DNA of 64,000 nt from Lingula anatina (GCA_051362555.1 CM120643.1:9114001-9178000), one strand, 5' to 3'. Positions 49,183 to 63,023 are shown, numbered from the stretch's first letter. The notes: generated from the letters alone by a model not told the origin. A program made the numbers and translations.

Positions 49183-52100
49183 TTATTTATGAGGCCGTCT
49201 TCGTTTGGGCAGAGGTTGTTTCCATATATAGGCGGCTGCTCCGAGGAAGATAAAATTCACAGCAAGAACAATAAACAGCCCAAGGAATACATCAGTAAAA
49301 TTTCTGCAGTTTATACCATTAATGTGGCATGGGGTACCTGTGCGAAATAACAGAAATCATACAGATAGTAATCTCCCATTAAAAAAAATTATGAAACAAT
49401 AATCATTGACCATAAAATTTGATGGTAAATTTTGCGACAGCTACAAAATGAAAAATTAAATCTACTGTTTTGTTAAGCTGTGAGCTGACGTAATTTCGAA
49501 AAAGAAAAATATTGGATCACCTTGTTGTCTACTAGGTACATGTGACGTATTTTAAGTGACATCGCAACAAAATTGTAAATTTTACATTATAATTAAGAGA
49601 TTACATTAAGTGGTGATAGGACCCTCCCTCTGTATTTTAAAGTCCATGAGCAAAACATGATTCCATAACGAAATGTAGCACCCTACCTGGGAAAAGAGAA
49701 AATACGAAGTTGTCAAACTTGGTCCCCAACATAGTTGCTAAACCAAAGCTCGTCCAGCCCAACCCCAGCAACAAGCCTCTGACACCCTTTGGTGCCTCCA
49801 AGCAAGCTATTTCCATGGCTAAAAATAGAAATTAAGAAAAATTCAAAGGATTAAACGGGTCAGCTTGCATGTCGAATGTTGTAATTAAACATCATGGTGC
49901 AACAGTAATGGTTATCGAGAAAATGAAATGAAATTTATAAGAACAATGCATTAATTAAACAAACGTGAAAGAGGAAATTGAAAGACATATTGGTGCGTCA
50001 TTTTTAAGAGAATGTCGTATCTTAACTAAGTTCTTCTGTATATTGAAAAATGATATTTCAAGGACTTACCCGTGACAATCCCAAACAACTGCCCTAAAGA
50101 CAGAAAAAGCCACTGTGGTATTTGGTACAACACAGAAATAGAAACCACGCAGGCAAGAGCACGATATCGCTCCAAAAGTAGTGCAGACCCAACAGACATT
50201 GCCAGAAACAAGCCAGCTAAACCTGTAAACAAAGGACGAAAAAACATGCAGATACACACAAAAAAAAAGAAAAAATGGTGACGCTGTCGTGAACATCTTT
50301 ATGTATATGTGGTGCACAAGTTACTTTAAGCTCTCCTTTCTTGGAGATTTTCTTCCACTCCTTTTCTCCGAACAGAGGTACTCGCGTTTAAATACTATTA
50401 ACATAAAAACATTCAATGAAAAAAACATCTTACTTAGTCTAAATAAGGGATAGTGACCCTTTCCATTTTGTCGGAGTCTTGGAAACACTTTGAGTACGAG
50501 GAATGGCACCATGGTGAGCATGACGACATCCCACGTGTACGAGTGCAGGTTCAAAGGTTGATCAATGGACCAATTCCCGATATGCGTCATGCAAGATGCC
50601 TGCCAGAAAAAGCTCTCCATTGCCTTCCAAAACATAACATAAAATGAAAATTATATTTAAATACTTGACCACGGTTTTAAAAAACAGCATAATCAATGCA
50701 CAAGCTGATAAAAATATTTATGAATTTTTTTCAGTGAAAGTATTAAGCATGCATATTCGTTCAATGCGAATGCGCAAAATGGAACATCGAAATATTTTGG
50801 AGTTCCTTTCTACTGGTACTCCTGATCTAAAAGAGTATTTCCAAGGCAGTCCTCCAAATGTAACAGCAATAAATAAAATCGTCAAGGACAGTTCAGGATC
50901 AAGCTTCTCGTAAACAGAAGGTATGCTACTGGTTATAGCAACCTACTGACAACCAAGAAGAGACCGATAGGCAACCTTTAGGATACTGATAATTTTCATC
51001 TTTAGTCGCACTGGTTGTCGGTGCACAAATATGTCCTTCATGTGTCAACGATCGCAGGCGACCTGTTAGCAACCTTATGCGACCACTTAAAAACCTATGG
51101 CAACCTCATTGCGACTGAGGTTGCAAAGAGGTTGCCAAAAGGTTGCAAGCGCAGTGTGACCCAGGCTGTAGGTCAGGCTAACCTCAACCATTATGACTAA
51201 ATGGAAGGCGCGCTTTCTGTTACACGGACCCTCAGTTTCGTTGTACCGGGCCTTACCTGTTGGGCAGTCAGTGGGAAGAGAACGATGTTAGCCAGAAGTA
51301 CCAGTATCTTGAACACGACCTTGATTTTCTCTCTCTGCTCCTCTCGTCTTTTTAGCAGCTGTTCTAGCTCTGTTGCGGTCATGGTTAGGCCGCTACGCTC
51401 GAAGGACTCTCGTGTGAGGTATCTGGTGAGAAGGCTCTTCATCAGCTGGATGAATGACTTATCTGGTGGGAAATGGTGATACATGGATGACCTTCAAAGG
51501 CGGATCCCGTGGGAGGATAATTTTGAATACAATACTAAGGCTCCGTTCACATGAAAAGTCTATTTTCTAGAAATCTATTTTCTATTCGCGGTATCTTGTG
51601 ATCACGGTCTGTGCCCTGAATACCCCGCGGCGTAATTACTGGCAGCGCGAGCCAGTTACTTCCAAAGCTGTAATAAATTCTCGGCTGCGCTCGGAGTGAT
51701 CACAAGATACCGCGAATAGAAAATAGATTTTTAGAAAATAGATTTTTCATGTGAACGGAGTCTAACTAAAGAGGTTTATCAACTTTGCATGTGTACTTAA
51801 CAATAAGACAGTCTACAACAAGTAATGCAAATCTTAAAGGTAATATGGCGACCCCTACGCCTCCCCGTTTCTGCACATAAATATAGAAGATGTAAAAAAT
51901 AACGAATTTTTTAAATCTTTTTTTTTACTCTTTGGCATACGATTTAGAATTTTCGAACTCTTTCATTAATCTTTCTTGATCAAGGTTACCAAACGTCATC
52001 TCTATTCATAAAAATATGTGAACCATACATGCACGTATACTTCTAATTACCGTCACAGATCAGAACAAAACCGTCGGAAAAGTACACCTATAACGCATAG

Positions 52101-55100
52101 TTTATAGACATTGTTAGAGTGTAGTGCTTTTCTTCCTTTTTTACCTTTTATGTGCTTGGCGAGGAAGATATCCTTTCCCCATATGATAATGATAAGTGAG
52201 ACTAGAATAAAAACCAAAGCTGGCAACATATTCAGCCCGAGCACCAGGGACGAAGAGTTCCAGGCTTCTTTCGACAAATGCAACTGCAAGTCCATTGTGA
52301 TAAGAACTAAAAGGTCCCCGGCGGCATACCCGAACTGGATCCTGTAAAATAAAACATAACAAAGAATAAATTTAAAGCGGTTTGCATTGGTTTATGGGGA
52401 TTTGGGGGCCATTCCCAGACCCAGAACTAACTGTGGATCGATCTACCTCCTAGGAGATTCTTGCTAAATTGCAATCAACTAAAGCGGCGTACACGTAGAT
52501 GTCTGTCACACCTACTGAAGCTGCTAGGGGGTAATTACTTAACGTTTAGCAGCTTCAGTAGGCGTGCCAGACATCTTTGCCACTTAAGCTGAAAGCAATT
52601 CATCGAGAAACCCCTCGGAGATGGATCGATCCTGTTAGATCGATCTTGGTATGGGAAACCTGTCTTACTTGAGATGTGACCTTGGACCTCGGCCGTTTCC
52701 ATGGTTACTGTTCAATTACCCTTTACAAATCAAGCCACATTATTAACGGAAAGGCCTGAGTCTTTTTCGTTGAAACATTTGACACATTTGTTGCAAAGAC
52801 AATACTAATGAAACTATTACTCACCAGTATATTGCAGCCCTTTGCTTATTCTGCATACGGCCGCACTGCGCCGCGGCAAAGCTAAGTAATACGCCTCTCT
52901 GCGTCCCATGAGCCACCGCACACACTCCAACCGCTATCACCGCGGCGAGAACTTTACCTTCCGAATCCAGGTGCTAATGGAATGAACGTGGATGCGTTTC
53001 ATTAATGGCATAGATCCATAAAGCATTTTTCACTCATGTATTCAACTTGACAAGGTAATCAGTTTTATGTCAGAATAGGTTCGTCTGGCATCGTTAAATC
53101 TACGCGATTTCATTTTCAACTAAAATAGAACTGCGCAAGTATTTATCCTATATTTTACCTGTACTTCTACTCGTAACGGAAATCCACATTGAGATATAAC
53201 CAAATCTAATTTGAATCAAACTTTTGTGACTCCTTAAAGTATTCGGTTAATCTTTGATAGATACCATGCACGCTCACTGAATCTTAAGTTGATGACAATT
53301 AAATTTCAGCTCAACAAACTTAAGATTATAAACATCTCATTAAATTACGCAAAATCTGAGCTTCTTGACATCGTACAAGTAGACCAGCGTTAAAAAGAAT
53401 AGAGATGCATAAATGCAAATACTCAGGGGCGGATTTAGGCCATCTTCTTGGTCTTCCGGAAGACGGTGAGATTTTCAAGTATATATTGATGGGTATGTAT
53501 TTTTTTCTGTCGGAAGACGGTCCAAAATGGAGGATGGATCGATAAAGATAATTCGAAACCTGTCAGAAAATATCTCTGGATCCGCCCCTGAATACTTGTC
53601 CCATGTACGTACTGTGTCTGGGATAAAGACAACCACATTGACCACCGAATGACCTGGTAAAGAGATGAAAATATCTATGCGTGATTATACAAGAGAGATT
53701 CCCATGCAATGCGAAATCAGTAAAATATTTGCCTTTAAACTAATTGGAAACTTCGACACAAAGACTGAAAAAAAGCTGACCAATTTTTACACTGTTTTTA
53801 GTGACAAATCACTGACACGGCGAATGAAATTGATAGTGCTTGTAAAATGCTAATAACATACATCACTGCCATTATACTAATTGTAAAGGTTATAGTGCAA
53901 ATTGTGTCTTACCCACTAAAAGCGTGAGGAAACAGCTGAGAATAACGCTGTAGTTTCCAACGAACCCATCTGCCAGGGCACCACCAAATACGGCGGGAAC
54001 AATTGCAGCGGCTGGAATTGATGGTGAACTTTGATTATTGGGGGTTAAAGTGTATTTTTCTGGTTCCTCGTGATATGATGTCCGCTAAATACTGTGGCAT
54101 TGGAAGTTTAGGGCAATAATACTGTCTCCAAAACGGATGTTAAAATCTATACAGATCATTTTTATATGCAATCTTTATAATTTGAAACTCGTGTGTTCAA
54201 TTCCTGATTTTTTTGTTTAGAAAATATTGAAAATACAGGACGCCGATGCAGTGACGACGATGAAAATTTGGAGAAAACTATGTAGTGCAAACTACAACTA
54301 AAACATGTGTAAGGGAAAATTAATGTACTTCATTTATAGCCCAGTATATAAAAACTACATGTATAGTGTGACATGTTGGCACTTGCGCTATACCATCTGC
54401 CAGCTGCAAATACAATGAGCATCATTGTCTTCACGTGTAAACTGCCACGTGCTAGATTCAACATTTCACTGATTACTGAGGTCCTTAAGATGCGTAGTGT
54501 TAGAGATATGGGCGTCTTCAAATAGCTAGTAACCATATGGAAGTGAAATTATCTTTTTCTGTTTGCTACCAGAAAACACTCTTATGGTGAAACTGAATGA
54601 ATTTAATTGGAATGATTTTCTTATGAAATGAAATGATAAAATCTACGCAACATACAGTGGATCTTCTGAGAAAAAAAAAGAAAATCGTGTCTTGGTCTAC
54701 CTCTCTAGCCATCCTACAATAAACCCCTGACTTCCGACTCATTTTAAGGGTGAATCTTTTTTCATACTTGAATAGTATTCATGAAATAATGTTAAGGAAA
54801 GAATGGCGTATAACTCTATTTGCAGAAGTAAAGTAAATCCAAGAATGAGAGTTAGTCAACGAACCCGCATAGAATTGCTGCACCACGTCGTCATTCAAGT
54901 CGAAGTACCTGCTGATTCTGTACAATTGATAGACGGAAACAGAGTTGGCTGTCCATATGAGGGCGTACGATATAATCACTAGGATCGTTGCCTTGGTTTG
55001 GTCCTTGGCTTTGTCGCGTCGATGTTGATGGTCGACAGAGCGGAGCAAACCTTGCCGCAAGATGGTGCCACCTGTCGCCAATTCGTCTTCTTCAGACGTT

Positions 55101-55660
55101 GAGCTTTCTTTCCGCGGAGGACGCTTCTGTTTGGTCGATTTAAACAGGTCGCTGTCCACAGACGCTATGTAGTCATTGACGCCATGGGTCGCGTTCGTTG
55201 AGTTGCGATCGCGGTAAAGGATGCTGCTCCTATGCCGATGACTTCCGAGCGATATTTCGTCAAAAGCTGCTGCTGTGTTTACTTCTTCTTCGTCAGAATC
55301 GTCTTCTTCTTCGTTTGCAGTGGTACGCAATCCGCTTGATCGGGTGTAAATAGTCCCGTACTGTAATATTGGCGTCCGTTCGTCAGCAGGAGATGGGTCA
55401 GTGTTTTCGGTTGGTGCAGTTCTTTCCGACTTTTCTTCAGTTTGTTTTTTTCCAGGCTCTGATATCATCGGCCATATGTGTGCTATATTCTTGGCTGTAG
55501 AATTATAAATCTGGTCGCTGTATTCACTTTCCATACTTGTATTGCTGGTTAGGCTATCAGATTCTATCATGGCGGCTGAAAGTTTGTGCGTTATTTCCTT
55601 TGGTTTCTCCGCCACTTCCGAATTTTCTCCCGGTCCGCTATCTTTTGTAAAGGAATCCAT
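49183..55660 (-). CDS. SLC15/POT (PTR2) family oligopeptide transporter-like protein, paralog B
   Basis: 10 in-frame exons: 54865-55660, 53913-54011, 53613-53653, 52825-52973, 52145-52341, 51257-51462, 50434-50623, 50070-50222, 49687-49818, 49183-49337. Phases match paralog A and most exon sizes are the same (99, 41, 149, 197, 190, 132). Motifs FGGALADGFVGNY, ISVLYQIPQWLFLSLGQ, MEIACLEAPKGVRGLLLGLGW. Confidence 0.88.
51539..51762. mobile_element. Tourist/PIF-Harbinger-like MITE, near-perfect palindrome
   Basis: TAA|ggctccgttcacatgaaaa... ...ttttcatgtgaacggagtc|TAA; ~67-bp inverted arms. Confidence 0.85.
52407..52668. mobile_element. MITE family, copy 2 (homologous to 46995-47258)
   Basis: Same termini and internal sequence as 46995-47258. 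Confidence 0.75.
53424..53590. mobile_element. MITE with 6-bp target duplication
   Basis: aatact|caggggcggatttagg ... tggatccgcccctg|aatact. Confidence 0.75.
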
Positions 55661-57745
55661 TGTGGAAAATCTTTTTAAAAAAGCGCTAGGTCCCGCCTGT
55701 GTATTTTACCGATAAGTTTCCAGAAAATCCATAATTTAAGCACAGTAAAATGCTCGGTCAGTACTACTATACACGGGTAGTATATTACATGAACACCGTA
55801 TCATGATCAGCTGTATGTGTCATCACAGATAACTGACTTTCGAATTATCAGTATTTATCTACGATATAGCTGTGATTGTCCGCCAACCCATACATACACA
55901 AGGATTATCATTATTCTGATACGACAGAAATACCTGATATGGATACAGGGATCATCATACTGGAATGCCTATTTAAATTTTGGATTTTATTTATTTATTT
56001 GTTCGTTTGTTTGTTTATTTATTCATTAATTAACCATCATTGTCGTCGCCTTCATCATCACTTCATTATTATTATTATTATTATTATTCGTTTTGAAAAT
56101 GCTATTCTGAGTAGGAGCTTGACAAAGAAATAGTAAATATTTTGCCATAGATCCTTAATTGTTTTAGAGAGGCTTGCGGGATTGTGCCGGAGGAGATTGC
56201 ATTTGCACAACCTATGTCACATCAGCATATTAAAATGACACCCAGAACTCTATCGTGAATTATTCTATTTGTTTTCATAAGTAGTTAGCAATTTTAGACT
56301 TAAGCTCAATAAAAGTCTCAAATAAGACTGAATAAAATAAATAGCATTCATTTTCTGTATCCGGACACGTACAACACATTTGTTTGAATTAAATTAATAC
56401 ATATACCCTGGGGCAACGAAGAGTTAATCGCCGTTTCACTAACGCGGTCAACTTTGCAAATGGCACGTTTATTTCTCGCTTTATACGTTCCAATCTGACA
56501 TACATATATAAGCATGCGTTTATTACATCGTATTAACCCTTATCATAAAGCATACAGTTTGTTTGGACTGTTGCCAGGCAACCTCGTTTGCTACCTGTCC
56601 AAGTAAGACTCAGGTATACTTTATTGTGTGTAAACAAGCCAGCCTGTCTATTCATGGGCATGGAAAGGGGTCGGGACTGTAGAATTAACTCCGGAACTAA
56701 ACGAATTCGATAACAGCGGTGAGACGTAATTTATTCTGTGTCCAATTGTAGCGTGAGGTTCCTTGGCGTTGGAGCGGTAAATGTGTTGTATAGCGGAGAA
56801 TGGGCACGGGTCAACATAGACCTCCCTGCGTTCAACAAAACATCAACCACATTTACCCGCGCTGTACTCAGTAGAAACCTCGGGGATATTTGCACAGTAC
56901 GTGATTTTTGTCAGACAAGATCCGTACAGCGTATCGCGTTATGAGATAATCCTATGTACTAAGTTTTCGTCTTCAGTATATATTAACCTAGATTATTGAC
57001 AATACAAAATAATACGCTCGGGCAAAGGTAGACCTGCATCACTGAAGAGGACGATTGCATACGCATTGTGATCTGTCAGAGTCAACGGGTGACAGTAGGC
57101 AAATAACAGACGCCTCTATAGGATTAAAGTGCCTACGGAGAGACGATGTCAGCTTCAGGAACAGGGGTCGTGACAAATCAATAACTTCGAAAGCTGCGTT
57201 GCGATTTAAAGGGCATTTCTAGGCTGTCTAATTAACTACATTTGGCGTGTGTTTAAGCTGAAATCTTTAAGCACATTTCAACTCACTCTGAATTTAGCGA
57301 CGGAGTATTTCGATAATCAATTTTGATAACAAGCCATTGCGTGATCACTGAATAATCACAGCCAGTGCATCGATTAAGAGCATCGGCTGTAACGTAGGGG
57401 TGTTAAATCGTTTGCTGAAATCACCGAGTCCCGGTGACACCTCTCACGTCAATAATGCACGCGTTCTTCGTGCTGTCAACCCCGACTCGTTGTCGCGACA
57501 CTTAAGGCGGCCCAAGCCATCCATTTAAGAAACGTGAACAACCGGAACGAGGTGAACAGCGGTAATCAATTAAACATTTACCTTGAGTGCGTTTACGCGT
57601 TACCACAGCAACCGGGACAGTTACAGCGCTGAAGTCAACATACATATCATGAAACCATAGAACTAATACAACAGCTCGCGGACTGAATTCTTCAAGGTTT
57701 ATTTCTTTGTTGGCGCAAGGAATAGTTTGTACGCAAGACAACAAT

Positions 57746-60073
57746 ATGGACAGTAATAAAGCGACTTCGGCGGGCGGTGCTACGCCTGTGGTGCCTGTGC
57801 AATTATATGTGGTTCGTCTCTCTCCGCCTTGTAGAGCGGTATGGATTTATATGCTTCAGGTAAGGAATATTTTGTTGCGTTAACATGATAAATGTGGGGG
57901 GGGGGTGTTGGTTTTCATAAAACATGATGGTCCCTTAATATTTATTTAGAGAAACGTGGATCCTCTTAACTCCTATGTAATAATTCATTTATTTCGTCCA
58001 AAATAACAATTTTAATAAATCAGAGGATGTGTGTGTGTATGTGTGCGTGCGTGCGTGCATGCGTGCGTTCGTGTGTGTGTGTGTGTGTGTGTGTGTTTAA
58101 AACAACAGCTTCATGTATTTATAAATGGACTAATTCATATGGATAATTCAATTTTTATCTGCCGATATGCTTATTTGCCTCACTGAAACGTCGACTTATT
58201 TCATACATCAATATACATGTACATATAGTATATGACCGGCTTTATATATCTTCAGAACAAAATCAACCATGAATTGATAGATGTGGATTTTACCCAGGGA
58301 GAGGAGAGCACTCCCGAGTTTATAATCAAGAATCCCCATCAAGAGGTGCCCATTCTAGTCGATGACGATATCGTGGCGTTTGAAGGGTAAGTGTCAGCTC
58401 GTGTTTTATGGTCTGTAGATAAGGTTCTCACCTTCATTTTCGTTTTCTGGAACCACAAGGCTTTATAGGGCTAAATTGAAGCGTGTCTGTGTCTTTCTTT
58501 GAGAATGAATAGTGCAGGTGTGAGAAAAAATTAAGAAAAAAGGGAGAGAGAGAAAGGATGTGGAGTGAGAAGGAGGCCCGTGGGAGGGAAAAATTCACAT
58601 AACCGCTAAGCACAGTTTTGTTCATTCCCGATCCATAATATAGTACGCTTTGCGACAAAGTCGCACGTCTCGTGTACAAGGCCGCAATCTGAGCCCGCAG
58701 GTGTTGCGTCAAATTGCCGACCCGTATCACGGCAATGGTTTCTGATAACATTCACATTTTTTGTCCATTTGTGATAATTCAGCTTTTTAATGTGCAATAG
58801 CTACAGTAAAGTTGATAGCATTTAGAACCGAAGACAAAGTCAACGAGCCCCACGAGGAGAAAGGCTAGATGATGAAAGCATTAACTGAGGCATCATTATT
58901 CGATGCCAAATACTAGTATTTTTATGTTAAAAAAAGGACCGAGAAAGCCATTCACTGTGCATTACAGTAGGCGTGCGACGCTGTAAGAGGGATGCGCAGT
59001 TGTTTTATTTAATCATGCACGTACACAAGTCAGAGAAAATTTTCATCAGCTGTAATATGAATAAAGTAATTTTTCTCCAATCAGCAGCGTAATATTGAAA
59101 TAGGTTACCTCCAAAGTTTCGATATCTCCTGAATAGAGGCTATTCACTAGGATAGCCTCATTCCCTGGTGAAGATGTTCTGTTAAACATCGATATATTGG
59201 GGGTAAAATATTTCAATGTTAAGCAGTTGATTGAAGAAAAAACACATTATTCTTAACACGTACACACCTTGAGTAAAGAGACGTGTAGGCCTACATTACC
59301 CTCTACCAGGGCCACAGATGGATTTTTCATTTGATATTCAAAGATATATGGATAATCCATGGCATATCTCTCTGCCGCGTTGGAGAAAAGTGCACATAAT
59401 AAATCTGCGTCCCTGGTGGAGGGCACTTGTACGTGTACTGTTAATGGTGATATTGTTAACATTTTGCACAACGGAAAAGATACCCAGGAAGTGTAATAGA
59501 GGAGGAATGCCCCCCCCCCCCCCTTTTTAGCTCTCTCATAAATTCACAATATTATTGAAGATGTCCAGCGATGCCAAAAATATACCGCCGATCATAATTC
59601 CGTCAAAATGAAGAATTATTAAAAGACAAGCATTAAATACTTAACGATTCTGTTGCGACACGATGTGACAGACGGCCGTCGTGGGCATGATTCTAAACTC
59701 TGGTGCTCAATATCTTTATAAAGTCAGTTTAAGTCTACTGTGGAAAGGGCTTATCTCTGTCTGAGAACGCTGACCAAGCAGACGACAGTAAGTCCTCTAA
59801 GACCCATTAAGGGACAGCCCATAGCAACCATCGACACAGCATTCATGGGCTCGCCGATCTGTGACGAATTTTCTCTGGGGAGGCAGAGCTAATCTAGCTG
59901 TACTTTATTTCTGGAAGTATCCTGGCACGCCCACCACAACAGATAAATATATTATTATTATTATTGTTGTTGTTGTTGTTTTCCTTTTCTTGTGGCCGCA
60001 GAGAGACAAGTTATCATTTGTCAGTCCGTTTTATTATCGTCTTACAGTTGCAACCATTTGGAAAAGTGGCAGC

Positions 60074-60148
<75 letters not shown>

Positions 60149-62981
60149 CAGTGAAAACCCTAAGAACACCTGTAGGCGACCAAGGTTAACAACACCGTTA
60201 AATACGATCATGCATAAACCCCTTCTTTACGCCTACCACCCTATTGCAATGACAACCCTACGCGTGACAAGAGGTCCTTCAGGCACCTACGACATTACTT
60301 ATTCACAGCTAGCTTTGAGCGAACGGTTTTATTGCAATGTACAAACATAAGATAAAACTCGAAAAGACCGGCACAGACTGAAGAACAAACAAACCATTCT
60401 TGACTTTATGACGGTTAAGCAAACTTAGATTTGAGGAGAGCGCTGCTCTTGGCTCACGGTATCCTTACCCTACAGTCTACAGTGTTGTATTACGGGTAGG
60501 CCCGTACCCTGAGTTTCAGACTACTGGTATTCTATCATCATACATGTACAACCCGTGCTGTTTCCTTTGCAAAAATGACGGAGAGCACGCTTCTTTTAGA
60601 TTAATCAGCATCAACGCATTGAGGCTATGGGTGAATTACAGTTGTCACAGAATTATGAGTGCAAACACCGCCCGCGTGATTGTTCTGCGACAAAAAATAT
60701 AAGTTATACATTTATAATTAGATTATAATGGTAAAATTGGATTCTTGGGTCAGTGGGAATTCTAGCTGTCAACTTCGATCAGTTTGATAATATAATATAA
60801 TATAACTGATGGTGTTCAATCCACATAGCGTTATGGTTAATAGGCTGTTGCTCAGGAACACAAACGGAGTCGAAATACAAAAGCGGGTTGTCTTTTAATA
60901 TGAAATGCACAGAAAACCGAGTAGCCTACATAGTGTCTTCTAATCACGGTGGCCTGTGTCTTTTTCCATATTATGAAGAAGAATTATAGAAAAATAAGCA
61001 ATTATTATACTGGGAAGCACGAGTTGACTGCACACTGTACAGAGATTATGAGCGTATTCAGAATAGCGAGCTGACAAATCCGCGGATCAAATATGGCCGA
61101 CCCACTTGAATGCTTGTTGTGTAATTCCCGCGGGGAATCTATTGACTGCGTAATCGGGAATTAAGCGGCAAGCTTTTTAGTGGGTCGCCATAATTGGTCC
61201 GCGGATCTGTTAGTCCGCTTTTCTGAGTGTGCTCTATGTTCGTCTAGGGCTGTTCGTGTGTGATTGGAGATGTCTTTACTGATCAGAAATAATTTCAACA
61301 TTTGGTCGCTCACACTTATAAGCATCCTTTAAGATGTCTTTACCGACTAGAAATAAGTTCAGCGTTGGTTCGCTCATTATTATAAGAATCTCCATCGACA
61401 TCTCTTTTTTTTTTAAATAAAATGCGATAAGATATCATCAGAAAACACTTATAAAGGATGTAGTGTACGTTGATTGCTGGGTCAAGAATCTACCAAATTA
61501 CAATGCACACACTTTTTATTTACTCTATCATTTTGGTTTATGGGATTTTGATTATGATGAAATAAAGGGCATTTTACGGTGCTTCTATGGACCTCAGACG
61601 AGAATATGCCATTTAGTTAGAGAAATGGTGGAAGTGGCCCTTCACTCCCCTATTTATTATGTCTGTTCTAGTTTATTTTCGTACTCTAGCACCCACGTTC
61701 GCAATCCGCGCTTTAGAAATCAACACAACTGCGAGGTGCTCAATAATAAATTCCATTCAAGTTTGTAGTCAACACATTTTGTTTGCATGACCCGCCTACA
61801 ACATTGGACGTAACCCCTAACGGTCACATCTTTGCTGGTCCTTAATATTGTTATTGTGGCAAATCATTGTTCAGGCCCTTAGCCGGGAGGGGGGGGAGGG
61901 GGGGGGAGGGGGGATTTGGGGGAGGGGGGATCGAAAGGACCGCCTCTTTTGCTGGGAAAATGCCCGCTCTGGGTAAAATTTGATCTTAGTACATAAAGTT
62001 TTCATGGTGAAAGGTCCTCTTTTTCAGACCCCCCTTTGGAATTTCTGGCTACGAGCTTGTTGTTTTTCTGTTGTGGCATTCTGCATACTAACCGTGCGGT
62101 CCATTGTACGTGCATTGTGGCCGTACCAGTGACCCTGTGATAAGGTGACCGGGCACAAAAAGGGTAAAGAAAAAGGGTATAAAAGGAGAGCGTAATAAGT
62201 TGTAAGAGCGGAACGTAATGTTTTCTTATTGAATAGGTGAAGCTGAATGTGCCTGCGATAATTACATCAAGTAGGGGCGCACGGTTATAATACTCCACAC
62301 GTGTGTCCGTAAAAAGTGAATAAGGATGAATGAAGCAAAGGTTTTGTTTGTTTTCGTTATTTTTATGCAAACCTAGTTACGCAAATGCAACTGGGTGCGT
62401 TTCTCTAGGTGCGTCTTTGTAAATGTTGTTATTACATGCCTGTCTATTTATACCCTGTCTGATATAATTCAGTATTACTGTTGATATTATATTGTTTGCA
62501 AATGGCTACACTAAAAAAGCATTGTTTTATTGCTTCCCAGTGTCATGTGCGAGAAAGCCCCACCTATGATTTTAGTATATTTCATTTAAAGATATAAGAA
62601 TATTAGTATATTCATATGCTGTGATTGTTAATATTACTTTCTGACATGCACTATATGTTTTCATGCGTTTTTGTGAAACTGTGCATTTAATGAGACGTGC
62701 ACATCTCTAACAGTTGTAAAAGTAGTCTCCAAACTCAAGAGTATTTCTGTCATCTCTTCATTCCTGCAAATCTTAGTCCCTATCTTAACAAACAGAGTAA
62801 AAAAAAACCTTTTAAATTATTTTATTCTATTAACTAAAATTTTTATTTATTTGTTATTCAGTCAAGCAATCCTACGCTACCTGGCCACGACGTATACCAA
62901 TTTTGCTGGCTACGGCAATACCGCCCGAGAGCGCGCATTGTGTGAGTCCATCATTAGCTGGGCAAGCAGCGAGCTCCACAG
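57746..62981 (+). CDS. glutathione S-transferase, theta/delta-like, 5' part (no further exon found; presumably continues past the window)
   Basis: Exons 57746-57859, 58256-58386 and 62862-62981 join in frame: VQLYVVRLSPPCRAVWIYMLQ|NKINHELIDVDFTQGE...KNPHQEVPILVDDDIVAFEG|QAILRYLATTY...YGNTARERALCESIISW. Confidence 0.87.
60079..60143. repeat. (GA)n microsatellite
   Basis: Pure gagaga run in a GST intron. Confidence 0.95.
61049..61235. mobile_element. palindromic MITE, copy 2 (apparently full length)
   Basis: gagcgtattcagaatagcgagctgacaaatccgcggatcaaat ... attggtccgcggatctgttagtccgcttttctgagtgtgctc; homologous to 1401-1555. Confidence 0.78.
61872..62059. mobile_element. MITE with 5-bp target duplication
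   Basis: ttgtt|caggcccttagccggg ... ctggctacgagcttg|ttgtt. Confidence 0.65.
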
Positions 62982-63023
62982 GTGAGACCATCGTGTTCTT
63001 AATACTCTATGATTGATATGACG

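Noticed and set aside
53151-53210. Alternative third exon of SLC15 paralog B
   Set aside because: 53613-53653 matches paralog A's 41-nt exon in size and sequence; this segment shows no homology.
59861-60350. ORFs with ERERER or SLSLSL runs (also the HTHT/VCVC ORFs at 72-431, 2640-3091, 11718-12089, 40907-41107)
   Set aside because: These are translations of dinucleotide microsatellites.
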